Positions 28,783 to 38,948 of a stretch of 64,000 nt of DNA are shown piece by piece (position 1 is the stretch's first letter; every line of letters starts with the position of its first letter). The notes beneath the pieces are model-generated. The model searched no databases, was not told the origin of the DNA, and worked only from the letters and a program-made list of their open reading frames with translations. The DNA is from Clostridia bacterium. Lineage in GTDB: Bacteria > Bacillota > Clostridia > JAAYHZ01. The DNA lies in the NCBI GenBank assembly GCA_050950825.1, contig JBMNIH010000002.1, positions 520,210-584,209 on the forward strand, read 5' to 3'. A program made the position numbers and the translations under genes.

Positions 28783-29721
28783 CTATTTTTTCATCTTGAT
28801 GACTTCTTGGGCTTGTTTTACGATGTTTTCCGGTGTCAAACCGTATTCTTGGAACAGTTCGTCCGGTTTTCCGGATTTTCCGAATACGTCGTTAATGGCT
28901 ACCGCTTTTAAGGGCACCGGATAATTTTGTACCAACACTTCGGCTACGGCTCCGGTTAGTCCGCCGATAATGTTATGTTCTTCCGCCGTTACAATGGCTC
29001 CGGTTTCCTTCGCCGCCTTAACGATGATGTCTTTGTCAATGGGTTTTATCGTATGAATATCGATAACCCTTGCATCGATTCCTTGTGCTTTTAACATTTC
29101 CGCCGCTTCCAAGGATTTATATACCATCAAGCCCGTGGCGATAATCGTCACGTCGCCTCCGTCTTTCAGTTGAATGCCCTTTCCCAATTCGAAGGAAAAG
29201 TCTTCTTCCTTGTGAACCAAAGGCAGTGCCAATCTTCCCAGTCGTAAATACACCGGACCCTTGATGTCTATGGCCGCTTTAACGGCTGCGCGGGTTTCGA
29301 TTCCGTCACAAGGGCAGATAATCGTCATATTAGGCAAGCTCCTCATAATGGCCATATCCTCGACGGTTTGGTGAGATGCACCGTCTTCCCCTACGGATAT
29401 ACCGGCATGAGTCGCCCCGATTTTCACATTCAGCTTAGGATAGCAAATGGAGTTTCGAATCTGTTCGCATGCTCTCATGGATGCAAAAACGGCAAAGGTG
29501 CTTGCAAATACCGTTTTTCCGCATGTAGCCATTCCGGCGGCGATGGATATCATGTTCGCTTCCGCAATCCCTATATTAAAAAATCTTTCGGGATATACTT
29601 TTTGAAAGGTATCGGTTTTTGTGGATTTGGATAAATCCGCATCCAATACCACGATATTGGGATCCTTGCCGAATTCGGCTAAAGCCTTTCCGTATGCCTC
29701 CCTTGTTGCGATCTTGCTCAT
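28783..29721 (-). CDS. Transketolase, C-terminal subunit
   Basis: ATREAYG, LDADLSKST, GIAEANM, GEDGASHQ, TIKPID and TAEEH motifs. Confidence 0.93.
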   Translation of the reverse strand: MSKIATREAYGKALAEFGKDPNIVVLDADLSKSTKTDTFQKVYPERFFNIGIAEANMISIAAGMATCGKTVFASTFAVFASMRACEQIRNSICYPKLNVKIGATHAGISVGEDGASHQTVEDMAIMRSLPNMTIICPCDGIETRAAVKAAIDIKGPVYLRLGRLALPLVHKEEDFSFELGKGIQLKDGGDVTIIATGLMVYKSLEAAEMLKAQGIDARVIDIHTIKPIDKDIIVKAAKETGAIVTAEEHNIIGGLTGAVAEVLVQNYPVPLKAVAINDVFGKSGKPDELFQEYGLTPENIVKQAQEVIKMKK

Positions 29722-29722
29722 A

Positions 29723-30568
29723 TTATTCACCTCCTAAAAGCTCCATGGCTTTATCCAATTCGGAAATCGCTTTGTCTCGCTCTTCTTTGTTCGGCGCTTT
29801 TCCGTGCCAGCCGTACTCGCCTTCCATAAAGGATACGCCTTTTCCTTTTACGGTGTTGGCAACCACCATGGTCGGCATTCCTTTCGTTGCTTTCGCCTTT
29901 TCAACGGCATCGTCTATGGCTATCAAATCGTTTCCGTCAATTTCGATTACATTCCAGTTGAATGCTCTGAATTTCGACGGCAAGCATTCCGGAGACATAA
30001 CTTCCGTAATTTTCCCGTCTATTTGAAGTCCGTTATGGTCCAAGAAAACGGTTAAATTGTCCAGCTTGTAATGAGCGGCCGCCATTAATGCTTCCCATAC
30101 CTGGCCTTCTTGGCATTCTCCGTCTCCGATAATGACATAAACCCGATAATCCTTTTTATCCAATTTACCGGCTAAAGCCATGCCCACGGAAGCGGAAATT
30201 CCCTGTCCTAACGACCCTGTGGACATATCCACGCCCGGTACGTCCTTCATACTGGGATGCCCCTGCAGGAAGCTGTCGATTTTACGAAGGTTTTTCAGCT
30301 CCTCTGTGGAGAAGAATCCTTTTTCCGCCAAGGTTGCATACAGAGCGGGTGCACAGTGACCCTTCGACATAACGAATCTGTCGCGATCAAGATCATTCGG
30401 ATCATTTATATTAACGTTCATGTGTTTGAAATAGAGTACTGTCAGAATATCGGTACAAGACAACGAACCGCCCGGATGTCCCGAGCCTGCGTGATAAACA
30501 GCATCAATAATATGTCGTCTTATTCTCACAGCAGTTTTTTTCAGTTCCAATAGTTGCTGTTTCTCCAT
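29723..30568 (-). CDS. Transketolase, N-terminal subunit
   Basis: SGHPGGSLS, DRFVMSKGH, STGSLGQG, ThDP motif GDGECQEG..N, and KGKGVSFME. Confidence 0.93.
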   Translation of the reverse strand: MEKQQLLELKKTAVRIRRHIIDAVYHAGSGHPGGSLSCTDILTVLYFKHMNVNINDPNDLDRDRFVMSKGHCAPALYATLAEKGFFSTEELKNLRKIDSFLQGHPSMKDVPGVDMSTGSLGQGISASVGMALAGKLDKKDYRVYVIIGDGECQEGQVWEALMAAAHYKLDNLTVFLDHNGLQIDGKITEVMSPECLPSKFRAFNWNVIEIDGNDLIAIDDAVEKAKATKGMPTMVVANTVKGKGVSFMEGEYGWHGKAPNKEERDKAISELDKAMELLGGE

Positions 30569-30672
30569 ATTTTAAATCTCCTTTATAAAATTTCTATCAC
30601 ATATTTGGATAAAATATCGGATAAACCTGCATGTTCACACCTTCCTAAGTATACTATACAGGCAGTCCTTGG

Positions 30673-31596
30673 TCAATCCAATTTCGAGAAACCTTCTCCC
30701 AAAATCTCTCTGGCATCGCTGATAATGACAAAAGCTTTCATGTCCACCCGCTTGATAATATTGATAACATGAGGAACCTCTTTGCCGGATACGACAATGA
30801 ATAACACCTTTTTCTCTTTGCCGCTGTACATACCGGTTCCTTGTAGCGCCGTTACGCCACGATCCAGCTCCTTCATCACCAATTCGGATATTTCCTCGTA
30901 GCGGTCGGATACCACATAGACGGCTTTTGAAAAATCCACCCCTTCTTGCATGGCGTCTAAAACTTGGGTTTGGGCAATCAAGGTTATGATGGCATACATC
31001 CCTAACCTTATGCTGCTAAAAGCGATCATAGACAAAACCACAACAAACCCGTCAATTAAAAAAAGCATTTTCCCGAAAGAAACTTTCGGATAATATCTTT
31101 TGATCAGCGCAGCGGCAAGATCCGTTCCACCCGTCGTTCCTCCGGATTTCACCGTCAGCCCCAATCCGATTCCCATAACCAAGCCGCCGATCAAACAGGT
31201 TACCGGCATGTCCGATAAAGCGTCAAACTCCGCTTCCATCAACGGCCCTATGACCCTTTCCACGTAAGAAACGGTAACGTCCGTTATTACGGCCAATGCC
31301 AGCGTTGCAAACAAGGTCTTGATCATAAAGCTTTTGCTTTCCAGCTTTAATGCGGCCAAAAACAAAGGGACGTTCAATACGATCATGATAACGCCCAGGG
31401 GTACGATGCCTCCAAAGACATGGAACAAAATGGTGGATAAGCCGGTCACCCCTCCCGGAGCGATTTTCGAAGGAACAATGAAAATATTCAATGCCATGGC
31501 AACCAAAAAGGAACCGATCAGTATACGCACCGTATCGGCCAAAAACCCTTTCATTTGCTCCGGAGGGATTTTTTTTAGCAATTTTATTCGGTCCAT
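30673..31596 (-). CDS. YitT family membrane protein
   Basis: APGGVTGLS, LNVPLF, GGTTGGTD, DRGVT..GMYS and AREILGEGF motifs. Confidence 0.9.
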   Translation of the reverse strand: MDRIKLLKKIPPEQMKGFLADTVRILIGSFLVAMALNIFIVPSKIAPGGVTGLSTILFHVFGGIVPLGVIMIVLNVPLFLAALKLESKSFMIKTLFATLALAVITDVTVSYVERVIGPLMEAEFDALSDMPVTCLIGGLVMGIGLGLTVKSGGTTGGTDLAAALIKRYYPKVSFGKMLFLIDGFVVVLSMIAFSSIRLGMYAIITLIAQTQVLDAMQEGVDFSKAVYVVSDRYEEISELVMKELDRGVTALQGTGMYSGKEKKVLFIVVSGKEVPHVINIIKRVDMKAFVIISDAREILGEGFSKLD

Positions 31597-31599
31597 CTT

Positions 31600-31806
31600 T
31601 TACTTATCCTGCTCTCGGTTTTCCGGATTGCTTTGTACAACCTTCTTCAACCGCTTCACAAACTTCGTTCGAGGAATCATGACATGGCTTCCGCATGTGT
31701 TGCAAACCAGCCGTATATCCGCGCCCACCCGCACGATTTTCCATGTCTTTCCGCCGCAAGGGTGGGTTTTTTTCAATTCGACAATATCTCCGATATCAAA
31801 ATTCAT
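31600..31806 (-). CDS. DUF951 family protein
   Basis: GDIVELKKTHPCGGKTWKIVRVGADIRLVCNTCG. Confidence 0.9.
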   Translation of the reverse strand: MNFDIGDIVELKKTHPCGGKTWKIVRVGADIRLVCNTCGSHVMIPRTKFVKRLKKVVQSNPENREQDK

Positions 31807-31910
31807 AATAGGAAGGATTCCCAAAAATCCGCAATTTCAGTCCTTCGGAAATCCTTTTCGCCTCCTTTTTGTTCACTGTCGGATTTATTCCGTAAAAGAT
31901 GTTGTCGGAT

Positions 31911-33250
31911 TTAATACTTTCTTAAATAAGCGTTAATCTCCCATTGGGTGATCTTACAGGTGTAGTCCTTCCATTCCAGCTCTTTTGCCATGATGTATTT
32001 TTCAAACAGCTGATCTCCCAATAATTCTTGTACCAGGCTGCTTCCTTTCATGGCGTCAATGGCTTCCTTTAACGAGGACGGAAGCTTTTCCACTCCCAGC
32101 TCGCAAATCTGCTTTTCTCCCAGCTCGAAAATATTGCAATTGATGGGCTGCATGGGTTCGATTTGTTTTTCAATTCCGTCCAAGCCTGCAGCCAAAATGG
32201 CGGCGATGGCAAGATACGGATTGCATGCAGGGTCCGGATTTCGAACCTCCAACCGCGTCTCGTTCCGCAGCGCAGTGGGTATGCGAATCAAAGGACTGCG
32301 GTTGTGAGCGGACCAAGCGATATAGACCGGAGCTTCGTAGCCCGACACCAATCGTTTATAGGAATTTACAAGAGGGTTCGTTAAGGCGGTGATTTCTTTC
32401 ATATGCGTTAACAATCCCCCGATGAAATAATAGGCTTCTTTGCTTAAATGCATATGGTCGTCGGCACAATAAAAGGCGTTTTCCCCCGTTTCGGAACAAG
32501 GACACGTTGGTGTGCATTCCGGATCCGGGAACACCGTACAAAGGCTTCGGCATAAAGGTGGCATACAAACCGTGTCTTTTGGCAATGGTTTTGACCAATG
32601 CTTTGAATATGATAATGTCGTCCGCCGCTTTGAGGGCATTGGAATATCGAAAATCGATTTCATGCTGTCCCGGCGCCACTTCATGGTGAGACGCTTCAAT
32701 ATCAAAGCCCATTTCTTGGAGCTTGATTACCATCTCTCTTCTTGCGGTTTCGCCTAAGTCCACGGGACCCAAATCGAAATAACCGGCATCGTCCTGGGTC
32801 TTGGTTGTAGGGTTGCCGTCGGCATCCGTTTGGAAAAGGAAAAATTCGCATTCCGGACCGATGTTGCATGCGTCGTAGCCCATATGCTCCGCTTTTTCAA
32901 TGACCTTTTTCAGTACGTATCGCGGATCTCCTTCAAAAGGAGTGTGATCCGGGTTTAACACGTTGCAAATCAATCGGGCTTCACTGCCTCCTTGGTAATT
33001 CCAAGGCAAAACCATAAAGGTACTTAAATCGGGTTGAAGGTACATGTCCGATTCCTCGATTCGTGCAAAACCCTCGATGGAAGAGCCGTCAAACATGCAT
33101 TTGCCGTTTAAACGCTTTTTCCAACTGATTCGAAGTGATGGCCACGTTTTTCGGAATCCCGAACATATCGGTAAACTGCAGCCTTATAAACCGCACATCT
33201 TTTTCACGAATAATTTTTATAATGTCATCTCTATCTATAGGTGTGGTCAT
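31911..33250 (-). pseudogene. glnA: Type I glutamine synthetase interrupted by two +1 frameshifts
   Basis: Three frames give [19 protein letters not shown] / [37 protein letters not shown] / [30 protein letters not shown]. Removing two bases gives about 445 aa. Confidence 0.88.
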
Positions 33251-33440
33251 TCATTGACTTCCTTTCCTTAATTCATAGATTTATATTTATAGATTCAAAA
33301 GATTTTTTTATGATAAATAAAACAGGGGGGCGATCACTTCGCCCCTATTGCATGCTACATACCTTATGAAAGGTTTTTAGAAAAAGACGCTTTTCAAATC
33401 ATATCAATTGAAAACACATTCGAATCGCCTTTTTCAAGGA

Positions 33441-33602
33441 TTACTCTTCTTCTTCGAAGTAACTCTTGTCTGCACCGCATTCGGGGCATACCCAATCCTC
33501 AGGAAGATCTTCAAAGGCTGTGCCGGGTTCAACGTCCGACATAGGGTCGCCTGCTTCGGGGTCGTAAACATACCCGCATAAAGAACATACATATCTTTTC
33601 AT
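33441..33602 (-). CDS. Rubredoxin (53 aa), not in the ORF track
   Basis: [44 protein letters not shown]; GGAGG RBS. Confidence 0.95.
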   Translation of the reverse strand: MKRYVCSLCGYVYDPEAGDPMSDVEPGTAFEDLPEDWVCPECGADKSYFEEEE

Positions 33603-33722
33603 ATCTGCGTACCTCCAACGTTATTTAGGATTTATAAAAATCTTACCATACAATATACATGACTTTTCAATTAATGTAAACAAAATAACGGGATTTTATA
33701 TCAATTAACAAAGCCTTGTTCT

Positions 33723-34478
33723 TTATTCTCTTTTCCTCATACAAAGCTCAATTAAGCAAACGGTTTCGTCCGTGTCCTTTTTAACGGACTGATGAACGAG
33801 CACATCGTCGTCCGTCTTCGATACATTGGTTTCCAAACGCATTTCATCTCCGTAAAAAGCGGATTTCAAGTAATTGATTTTAATACCGGTAATCGAATGC
33901 CGCTTGTAAACATCGTAGGGAATCTCTCTTATGCTCCATTCCAAGTATTTTTCGTTATTTACGTGGTTGTTGCTGTCCAAATCGCTTACCCGAACCTGAA
34001 GCGGCGATACCCTCGTGTTCTCATCTTTCGGCGATTCCAAAAGCTTTTCGGTTTTTAGGTAGCTTTTTCGGTCAATTTTTCCGCCGTAAGCGGTGATCAC
34101 GTATTCCGGTACCTTGATGATTTTAAAGGTGCTTTTTTGAAGCATCATCCATACGCTTACGGCTTTGGCAATCAAACGGCCTTCGGCATCATGCACATCG
34201 TAAAGCCTCTTGCTGTAAAGACCGTTGCAGGAATGCTGCATGGTGCTTACCGTAATTTGTTCTTTGTACAAAGGATATCGATGGATCGTAATATCCCATT
34301 CCATCAATACCCATAATAGGTCGTGTGCGTCCAGAAAGTCCAATCCTCTGCCGACCGCCTCTCCGTGGCATATGGCTGCATCTTGAAAAAAGTTCAGCCA
34401 TTGGGCGGTTCTTAGCCTTTTATCAAAATCCGTTTCATAGTACCGTACGGTATATTCCTTTTTGAAAACGTTATCCAT
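33723..34478 (-). CDS. Acyl-ACP thioesterase (FatA/B type)
   Basis: YTVRYYETD, FQDAA..H, SVW and DLDSNNHVNNEKYLEW motifs. Confidence 0.88.
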   Translation of the reverse strand: MDNVFKKEYTVRYYETDFDKRLRTAQWLNFFQDAAICHGEAVGRGLDFLDAHDLLWVLMEWDITIHRYPLYKEQITVSTMQHSCNGLYSKRLYDVHDAEGRLIAKAVSVWMMLQKSTFKIIKVPEYVITAYGGKIDRKSYLKTEKLLESPKDENTRVSPLQVRVSDLDSNNHVNNEKYLEWSIREIPYDVYKRHSITGIKINYLKSAFYGDEMRLETNVSKTDDDVLVHQSVKKDTDETVCLIELCMRKRE

Positions 34479-36000
34479 TCTCTTTTCCTTTCGGAGCCTC
34501 TTCCTTTGTCTTTCCGAAACCTGCGTAAACAATCATGGCCGCTACAATCCAGAAGTAGGTAACCATCGCCGGAACTTCAAACACATTTTCAAAAAAGTTA
34601 TGGACAACAATACCGATTAGTCCGGACAACATACCGACAATCATCGTCTTTTTTCTTTGGCTTTTACAAGCCGTTAAAGCTCCGAAGCTCCAACGAAGCA
34701 CGGAAATCATCAATGCGGCAAATGCCAAAAATGCGAATATGCCGCCTTCCACCGCCGTTTTCAGGTAATAGTTGTCCATGTAGAAGGTATCGGGGAATAA
34801 ATCCTTGTGGTTCATGGCTACGGCTCCGCCGAAGCGACCGATCCCGGTACCTAACCATAAATTCTGCTTTAACATGTTCATTCCGGTTTGCCACCGTACC
34901 AACCGTCCCCCGGTCATACTGCTTAAAATGTATTCCTCGCTCAGCATGTACACAATGCGGTCGTAAACTTGGGGAACCATGATGAATACCAGCAAGCCGG
35001 CGGCGATCGCCGGTAGGATGTATCTTCGATCGTAAATCAAGAAAAAGGCCAATATGGCAACACCGAATCCGATCCAAGCACCGCGGGATTGGGTAAAAAT
35101 CAGACACAGCCCCATAAAGCCGGTCATGCCTAAGTAGACAAGCTTTTTGAAAGTTTTCTTTTCTTCGAAAAACAATGCCAACGACATGGGAATTAAAAGA
35201 GTCATCACGCTTCCCAATATGTTCGGGCTTCCGATGATGGAAAAAGAACGCGTTCTTACTCCCTTTTCCGCCATATCCACCCAATGCTCAGGCATCGGCA
35301 CGTTCATGACGAATTGGTATATTCCGTGCAGCGCAAAGGCGGATCCCATGATCAAAAACCAATCGTATACACGGTTAAGATCACGGTCTTTACCGATAAG
35401 AAATAGGGCGACGAAATACCAAAGCATGTATTGGGTCACCGCTCGCAATCCTTCGATACCGATGGCGGTATCCGGGCTGTTCATTAGCATGAGAGCGGTA
35501 TAGAACATGATGAACAGCAAGACGGGGATTCCCAAAGGCGTCGTTCGGTTGTATGCTCCTTCCGATTGGAATATTAAGCGAAAAAAGCCGAAGCAAAATC
35601 CCGTGATTAAGATGACTTCGTCCCAATAGGAGCTTAATATGTCGATTTGGACGTAGTTACGCAGAACATAATCGATGACAAAATACAAAACAGGAAAGCC
35701 TAAAAACTTCACCGTATCCAACCAGGATGCAAAAGCCGAAGTTTTCAAAAAGCTTTGGTTTCGTATACGAAAGGATTCTAAGGCTTGGTTCCGGCTTCGT
35801 ATTCTTCCGTTGATTCCGGAGCGAATGAAACCCTTTTCCAAATCTTCTTTACCCGGCAATTTTTTAAGGGTGCTTAAAATGATGCTGTGTTCTGCAAAGA
35901 CTCTCGATTTTTGAAAAAAGGAAACCACGGCACTGTGTTTTGCATGAGAACCGAGCTTACCAAAAAAGCTTAAAAAAACGCTCCCCTTTGCCAAAGACAT
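34471..36000 (-). CDS. O-antigen ligase/polymerase family membrane protein
   Basis: Polytopic membrane protein; RSFSIIGSPNILG, TQSRGAWIG, GRLVRW..WLGTGIG and DNYYL..EGGI. Confidence 0.85.
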   Translation of the reverse strand: MSLAKGSVFLSFFGKLGSHAKHSAVVSFFQKSRVFAEHSIILSTLKKLPGKEDLEKGFIRSGINGRIRSRNQALESFRIRNQSFLKTSAFASWLDTVKFLGFPVLYFVIDYVLRNYVQIDILSSYWDEVILITGFCFGFFRLIFQSEGAYNRTTPLGIPVLLFIMFYTALMLMNSPDTAIGIEGLRAVTQYMLWYFVALFLIGKDRDLNRVYDWFLIMGSAFALHGIYQFVMNVPMPEHWVDMAEKGVRTRSFSIIGSPNILGSVMTLLIPMSLALFFEEKKTFKKLVYLGMTGFMGLCLIFTQSRGAWIGFGVAILAFFLIYDRRYILPAIAAGLLVFIMVPQVYDRIVYMLSEEYILSSMTGGRLVRWQTGMNMLKQNLWLGTGIGRFGGAVAMNHKDLFPDTFYMDNYYLKTAVEGGIFAFLAFAALMISVLRWSFGALTACKSQRKKTMIVGMLSGLIGIVVHNFFENVFEVPAMVTYFWIVAAMIVYAGFGKTKEEAPKGKENG

Positions 36001-36010
36001 AACCTACCTC

Positions 36011-36493
36011 CTACAGTTCCTCGATGTCGTACACGATACCCGGAACCTCTACGCGATTGGTTTTCATGGCAAAGCTCTTTCCGATATTCACTTGGTATTT
36101 ACCGAGCATAATCAAGTTGTCGTTTCCTTGGTACAAAACCTTCACCTTAACCAAGATGTCGGAATACCCCGGTTTCTCTACCTCCATGAGAGTACCGTCC
36201 GGCAATACAACCGTGTCTTTTGCGGGGAATTCTTCCACCGACACCACGTAACCGTCCACGTACACGTTGCCGTACACGATACGGTCATTGGGTTTTAAGT
36301 TTTCCGCTACGTTTCCTTGCACGTCTTCGCAATAAACCGTAACCATATACCATTTCGATTCCTTCGGCTTGTCGTCCGTACTGCCCATTTTAATGACAAT
36401 TCCCGCTACCAAAGCCACGACAACCAAAACAATGGCCAAATCAATAACATTGATCAAACCGAACAGTTTTCCTTTATCGTCGATCAGTTTCAT
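36011..36493 (-). CDS. DUF4330-like membrane-anchored protein
   Basis: N-terminal IDDKGKLFGLINVIDL plus a TM helix. Confidence 0.75.
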   Translation of the reverse strand: MKLIDDKGKLFGLINVIDLAIVLVVVALVAGIVIKMGSTDDKPKESKWYMVTVYCEDVQGNVAENLKPNDRIVYGNVYVDGYVVSVEEFPAKDTVVLPDGTLMEVEKPGYSDILVKVKVLYQGNDNLIMLGKYQVNIGKSFAMKTNRVEVPGIVYDIEEL

Positions 36494-37757
36494 GGTTTAC
36501 CTCCGTACATTCGTTAAATAATGCAGCCAATTGGCAGGTTAAGTTTCTTCTTTCAAAACGATTAATCACTTCATAATCGGGTTTGTACTCCAATTTATTG
36601 TTTTTCCACAATTGCCATACATTCGTCAGCATTCTCAATATTTGATTCTTATCCTCGGAATCGGCAACGTACCCGGTTCTCGATTCTTTGATAAGGTCGG
36701 CCGCCACACCGCTTCCGGGAATCACCGCAATAATGGGTCTTCCGGCATTCATGTACTCGAACAATTTACCGGTGTAAAAGGCCTCTCCCCCGGGACCGGC
36801 CCCTTCGATCAATAATAACAAGTCCGATTGAAGAAGCATTTTTATGCATTCCTTGTGGGGCATATAATCATATACCCGGATAACGTTTTGGAGTCCGTAT
36901 CTTTCGTTTAAGCGGTCAAAATATCCGGGTAAAAACTTGCCGATGAATTTAACGGTTATTTGGCCTTCGGATATAACATGCTCGTCGATCAATTCTCGAA
37001 GGCATTCCAAAAACAAATCCGGCTTTCTTCTGCCGTACAGCATCCCGGTGTAGGTAATCGTCAGCTTTTCGTTCTTTTCAGGTTTTTCAAGGGTTTGATA
37101 ATCCGCAAAATCTTCCTTGTCAAAACCGTTAGGAATGCAAGAGAATTTATGCTCGTACTCCTTGTATGTTCGAATAAAATTCCGCATCATAACGGGAGTA
37201 TTGGCAATGACTCTGTCGGCATAGGCTATAACGTCCCGTTCCATTCTTCTTTCGATTCCCATACGGATGGAGTTATACGGATTGTCCAACAAGTAGGGAT
37301 TGTTCATCCACTCGTCTCTAAAATCCGCTACCCACGGAAGATTCGGAAATCTCTTTTTTATCCGGAGAGCCATTAAGTGGTCGCTATACGGAAAAGACGT
37401 GGAATACAGCACATCCGGCTTATTGCTTTCAATATATTGAACGGCCTTTTTTAAGCTTGCTTTGTACCAAACCACGGCACTGTCCGGCATCAGAATTTTT
37501 CGAGCCAAAATTTTACTCGGATACTTCAGAATCCCTTTTGCACTTTCAAAATCGTAAGCTTTGGTACGGATAACTTCCATCCCGGTCGGTATTTCGGAAA
37601 GCAACGTCTCATCGGCTAGAAAGCCGCCGTTGTTCCTTGTTAAAACAACAGGCTCCCAAAAAAAGTCTCGGAGATATTTTGTAAATTTTAACGTTCTTTG
37701 AACACCCGGTCCACCCACGGGGGGATATTGGTAGGCGATCATAAATACTTTTTTCAT
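36474..37757 (-). CDS. Glycosyltransferase family 4
   Basis: YQYPPVGGPGVQR..KYL, WVADFRDEW, IPNGFD, YTGMLY and GKLFEY motifs. Confidence 0.9.
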   Translation of the reverse strand: MKKVFMIAYQYPPVGGPGVQRTLKFTKYLRDFFWEPVVLTRNNGGFLADETLLSEIPTGMEVIRTKAYDFESAKGILKYPSKILARKILMPDSAVVWYKASLKKAVQYIESNKPDVLYSTSFPYSDHLMALRIKKRFPNLPWVADFRDEWMNNPYLLDNPYNSIRMGIERRMERDVIAYADRVIANTPVMMRNFIRTYKEYEHKFSCIPNGFDKEDFADYQTLEKPEKNEKLTITYTGMLYGRRKPDLFLECLRELIDEHVISEGQITVKFIGKFLPGYFDRLNERYGLQNVIRVYDYMPHKECIKMLLQSDLLLLIEGAGPGGEAFYTGKLFEYMNAGRPIIAVIPGSGVAADLIKESRTGYVADSEDKNQILRMLTNVWQLWKNNKLEYKPDYEVINRFERRNLTCQLAALFNECTEVNHETDRR

Positions 37758-38064
37758 CTATTTTTTACCTATGCCAAGCTCCGGAAACGGATTCGGCATA
37801 GGTCCTCCTTACATTCATAATGGACGTATGATTTTTACTCTCGTTGTCTGTCTCTCGATACGACAACAGCCGTCGGATAAAAGTCGGTTCATGACTGAAT
37901 TATTATATCACAGCTTCCCAAAATTCAGCAATTGAACTTTCACACATATTCAAGCGCTTACGCATATTATGTTAATAAAAGAAAAGGTTTACGGAAGGTA
38001 CCGGTGTACATAAAAGCATATAACTTATGCTTCTTATTTTATGTGAAATGGAGGTAATGATTGA

Positions 38065-38694
38065 ATGGATCATTCAGAAAACATTGCAGCGGGAATGCAA
38101 CGTAACAACGTGAGTCCCTATGTGAATGTGGGAAGCATGCCCGAAGCTTCCAACGTAAGACCTGCTGCAACCAATACGAGTCCTGCCGCCAATACGCGTC
38201 CTATGACCGGTGTAAGTCCTGCAGCCGAAAACGTAAAACCCGCCACGGACAACGTAAGACCGGCTTCCGAAAACGTACGTCCTGCTTCCGAAAATGCGCG
38301 TCCTATGACCGGCAACATCAGCCCGGCATCGACTGAAAATGCACGTCCGATGTCTGCTTTTATCAATCCTGCCATGTTTGATAACCGCAGAGCGGAAAGC
38401 AACGTAAGTCCTGCAGCTGAAGAAAAGAAGCAAGCCGCAAGCAATGTCAGCCCCGCAGAGACGAAAGTAAGTCCTGCAGCCGATAGAGAGTGTCCGGATA
38501 TTCCGTTTATGCCTAAAAATCCTCGGTACGGCTTTGCATACGTGCCTTATCAAAAGCTTGACAAAACCTTTGCCCCTGAAGAAGCCATGAGCCACGGTAC
38601 GGCATTTCCGGAACTGCATCATCCTTACCCGGCAGGTACCAAACCTTATATGTGCGGCCCGACCGGATACTACGGAGGTGAGCGTCGTGGATAA
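38065..38694 (+). CDS. cotJA: Spore coat protein CotJA with a long N-terminal repeat extension
   Basis: C-terminal AYVPYQ..EEAMSHGTAFPEL CotJA motif; directly upstream of cotJB and cotJC. Confidence 0.8.
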   Translation: MDHSENIAAGMQRNNVSPYVNVGSMPEASNVRPAATNTSPAANTRPMTGVSPAAENVKPATDNVRPASENVRPASENARPMTGNISPASTENARPMSAFINPAMFDNRRAESNVSPAAEEKKQAASNVSPAETKVSPAADRECPDIPFMPKNPRYGFAYVPYQKLDKTFAPEEAMSHGTAFPELHHPYPAGTKPYMCGPTGYYGGERRG

Positions 38695-38944
38695 GAAACA
38701 AGAAACCATGTTGAGAGATTTACAAGCTATGGACATATTTTTAATTGACTTAGGTCTTTACCTGGACACCCATCCTTGCGACAAAGAAGCTTTGGCCTTG
38801 TACAAAAAGTACAACGAGCAAAACAACAAAATGAGGAGCCAATATCAAGAGCTGTACGGTCCTTTGACCATCCGCCATGCGGACGGCGTAGATTATTGGC
38901 AATGGGTAGCCGATCCATGGCCTTGGGAAAGGTTAGGAGGTTGA
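38687..38944 (+). CDS. cotJB: Spore coat protein CotJB
   Basis: LGLYLDTHPCD..YGPLT..WQWVADPWPWE. The start is uncertain (38678 or 38687). Confidence 0.92.
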   Translation: MDKKQETMLRDLQAMDIFLIDLGLYLDTHPCDKEALALYKKYNEQNNKMRSQYQELYGPLTIRHADGVDYWQWVADPWPWERLGG

Positions 38945-38948
38945 ACAT

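Noticed and set aside
32480-33115. Programmed ribosomal frameshifting in glnA
   Set aside because: Two independent +1 events would be needed and I know no precedent; mutation or consensus error is simpler.
38100-38490. Non-coding tandem repeat or CRISPR array
   Set aside because: The repeats are in-frame coding units with synonymous variation inside cotJA.
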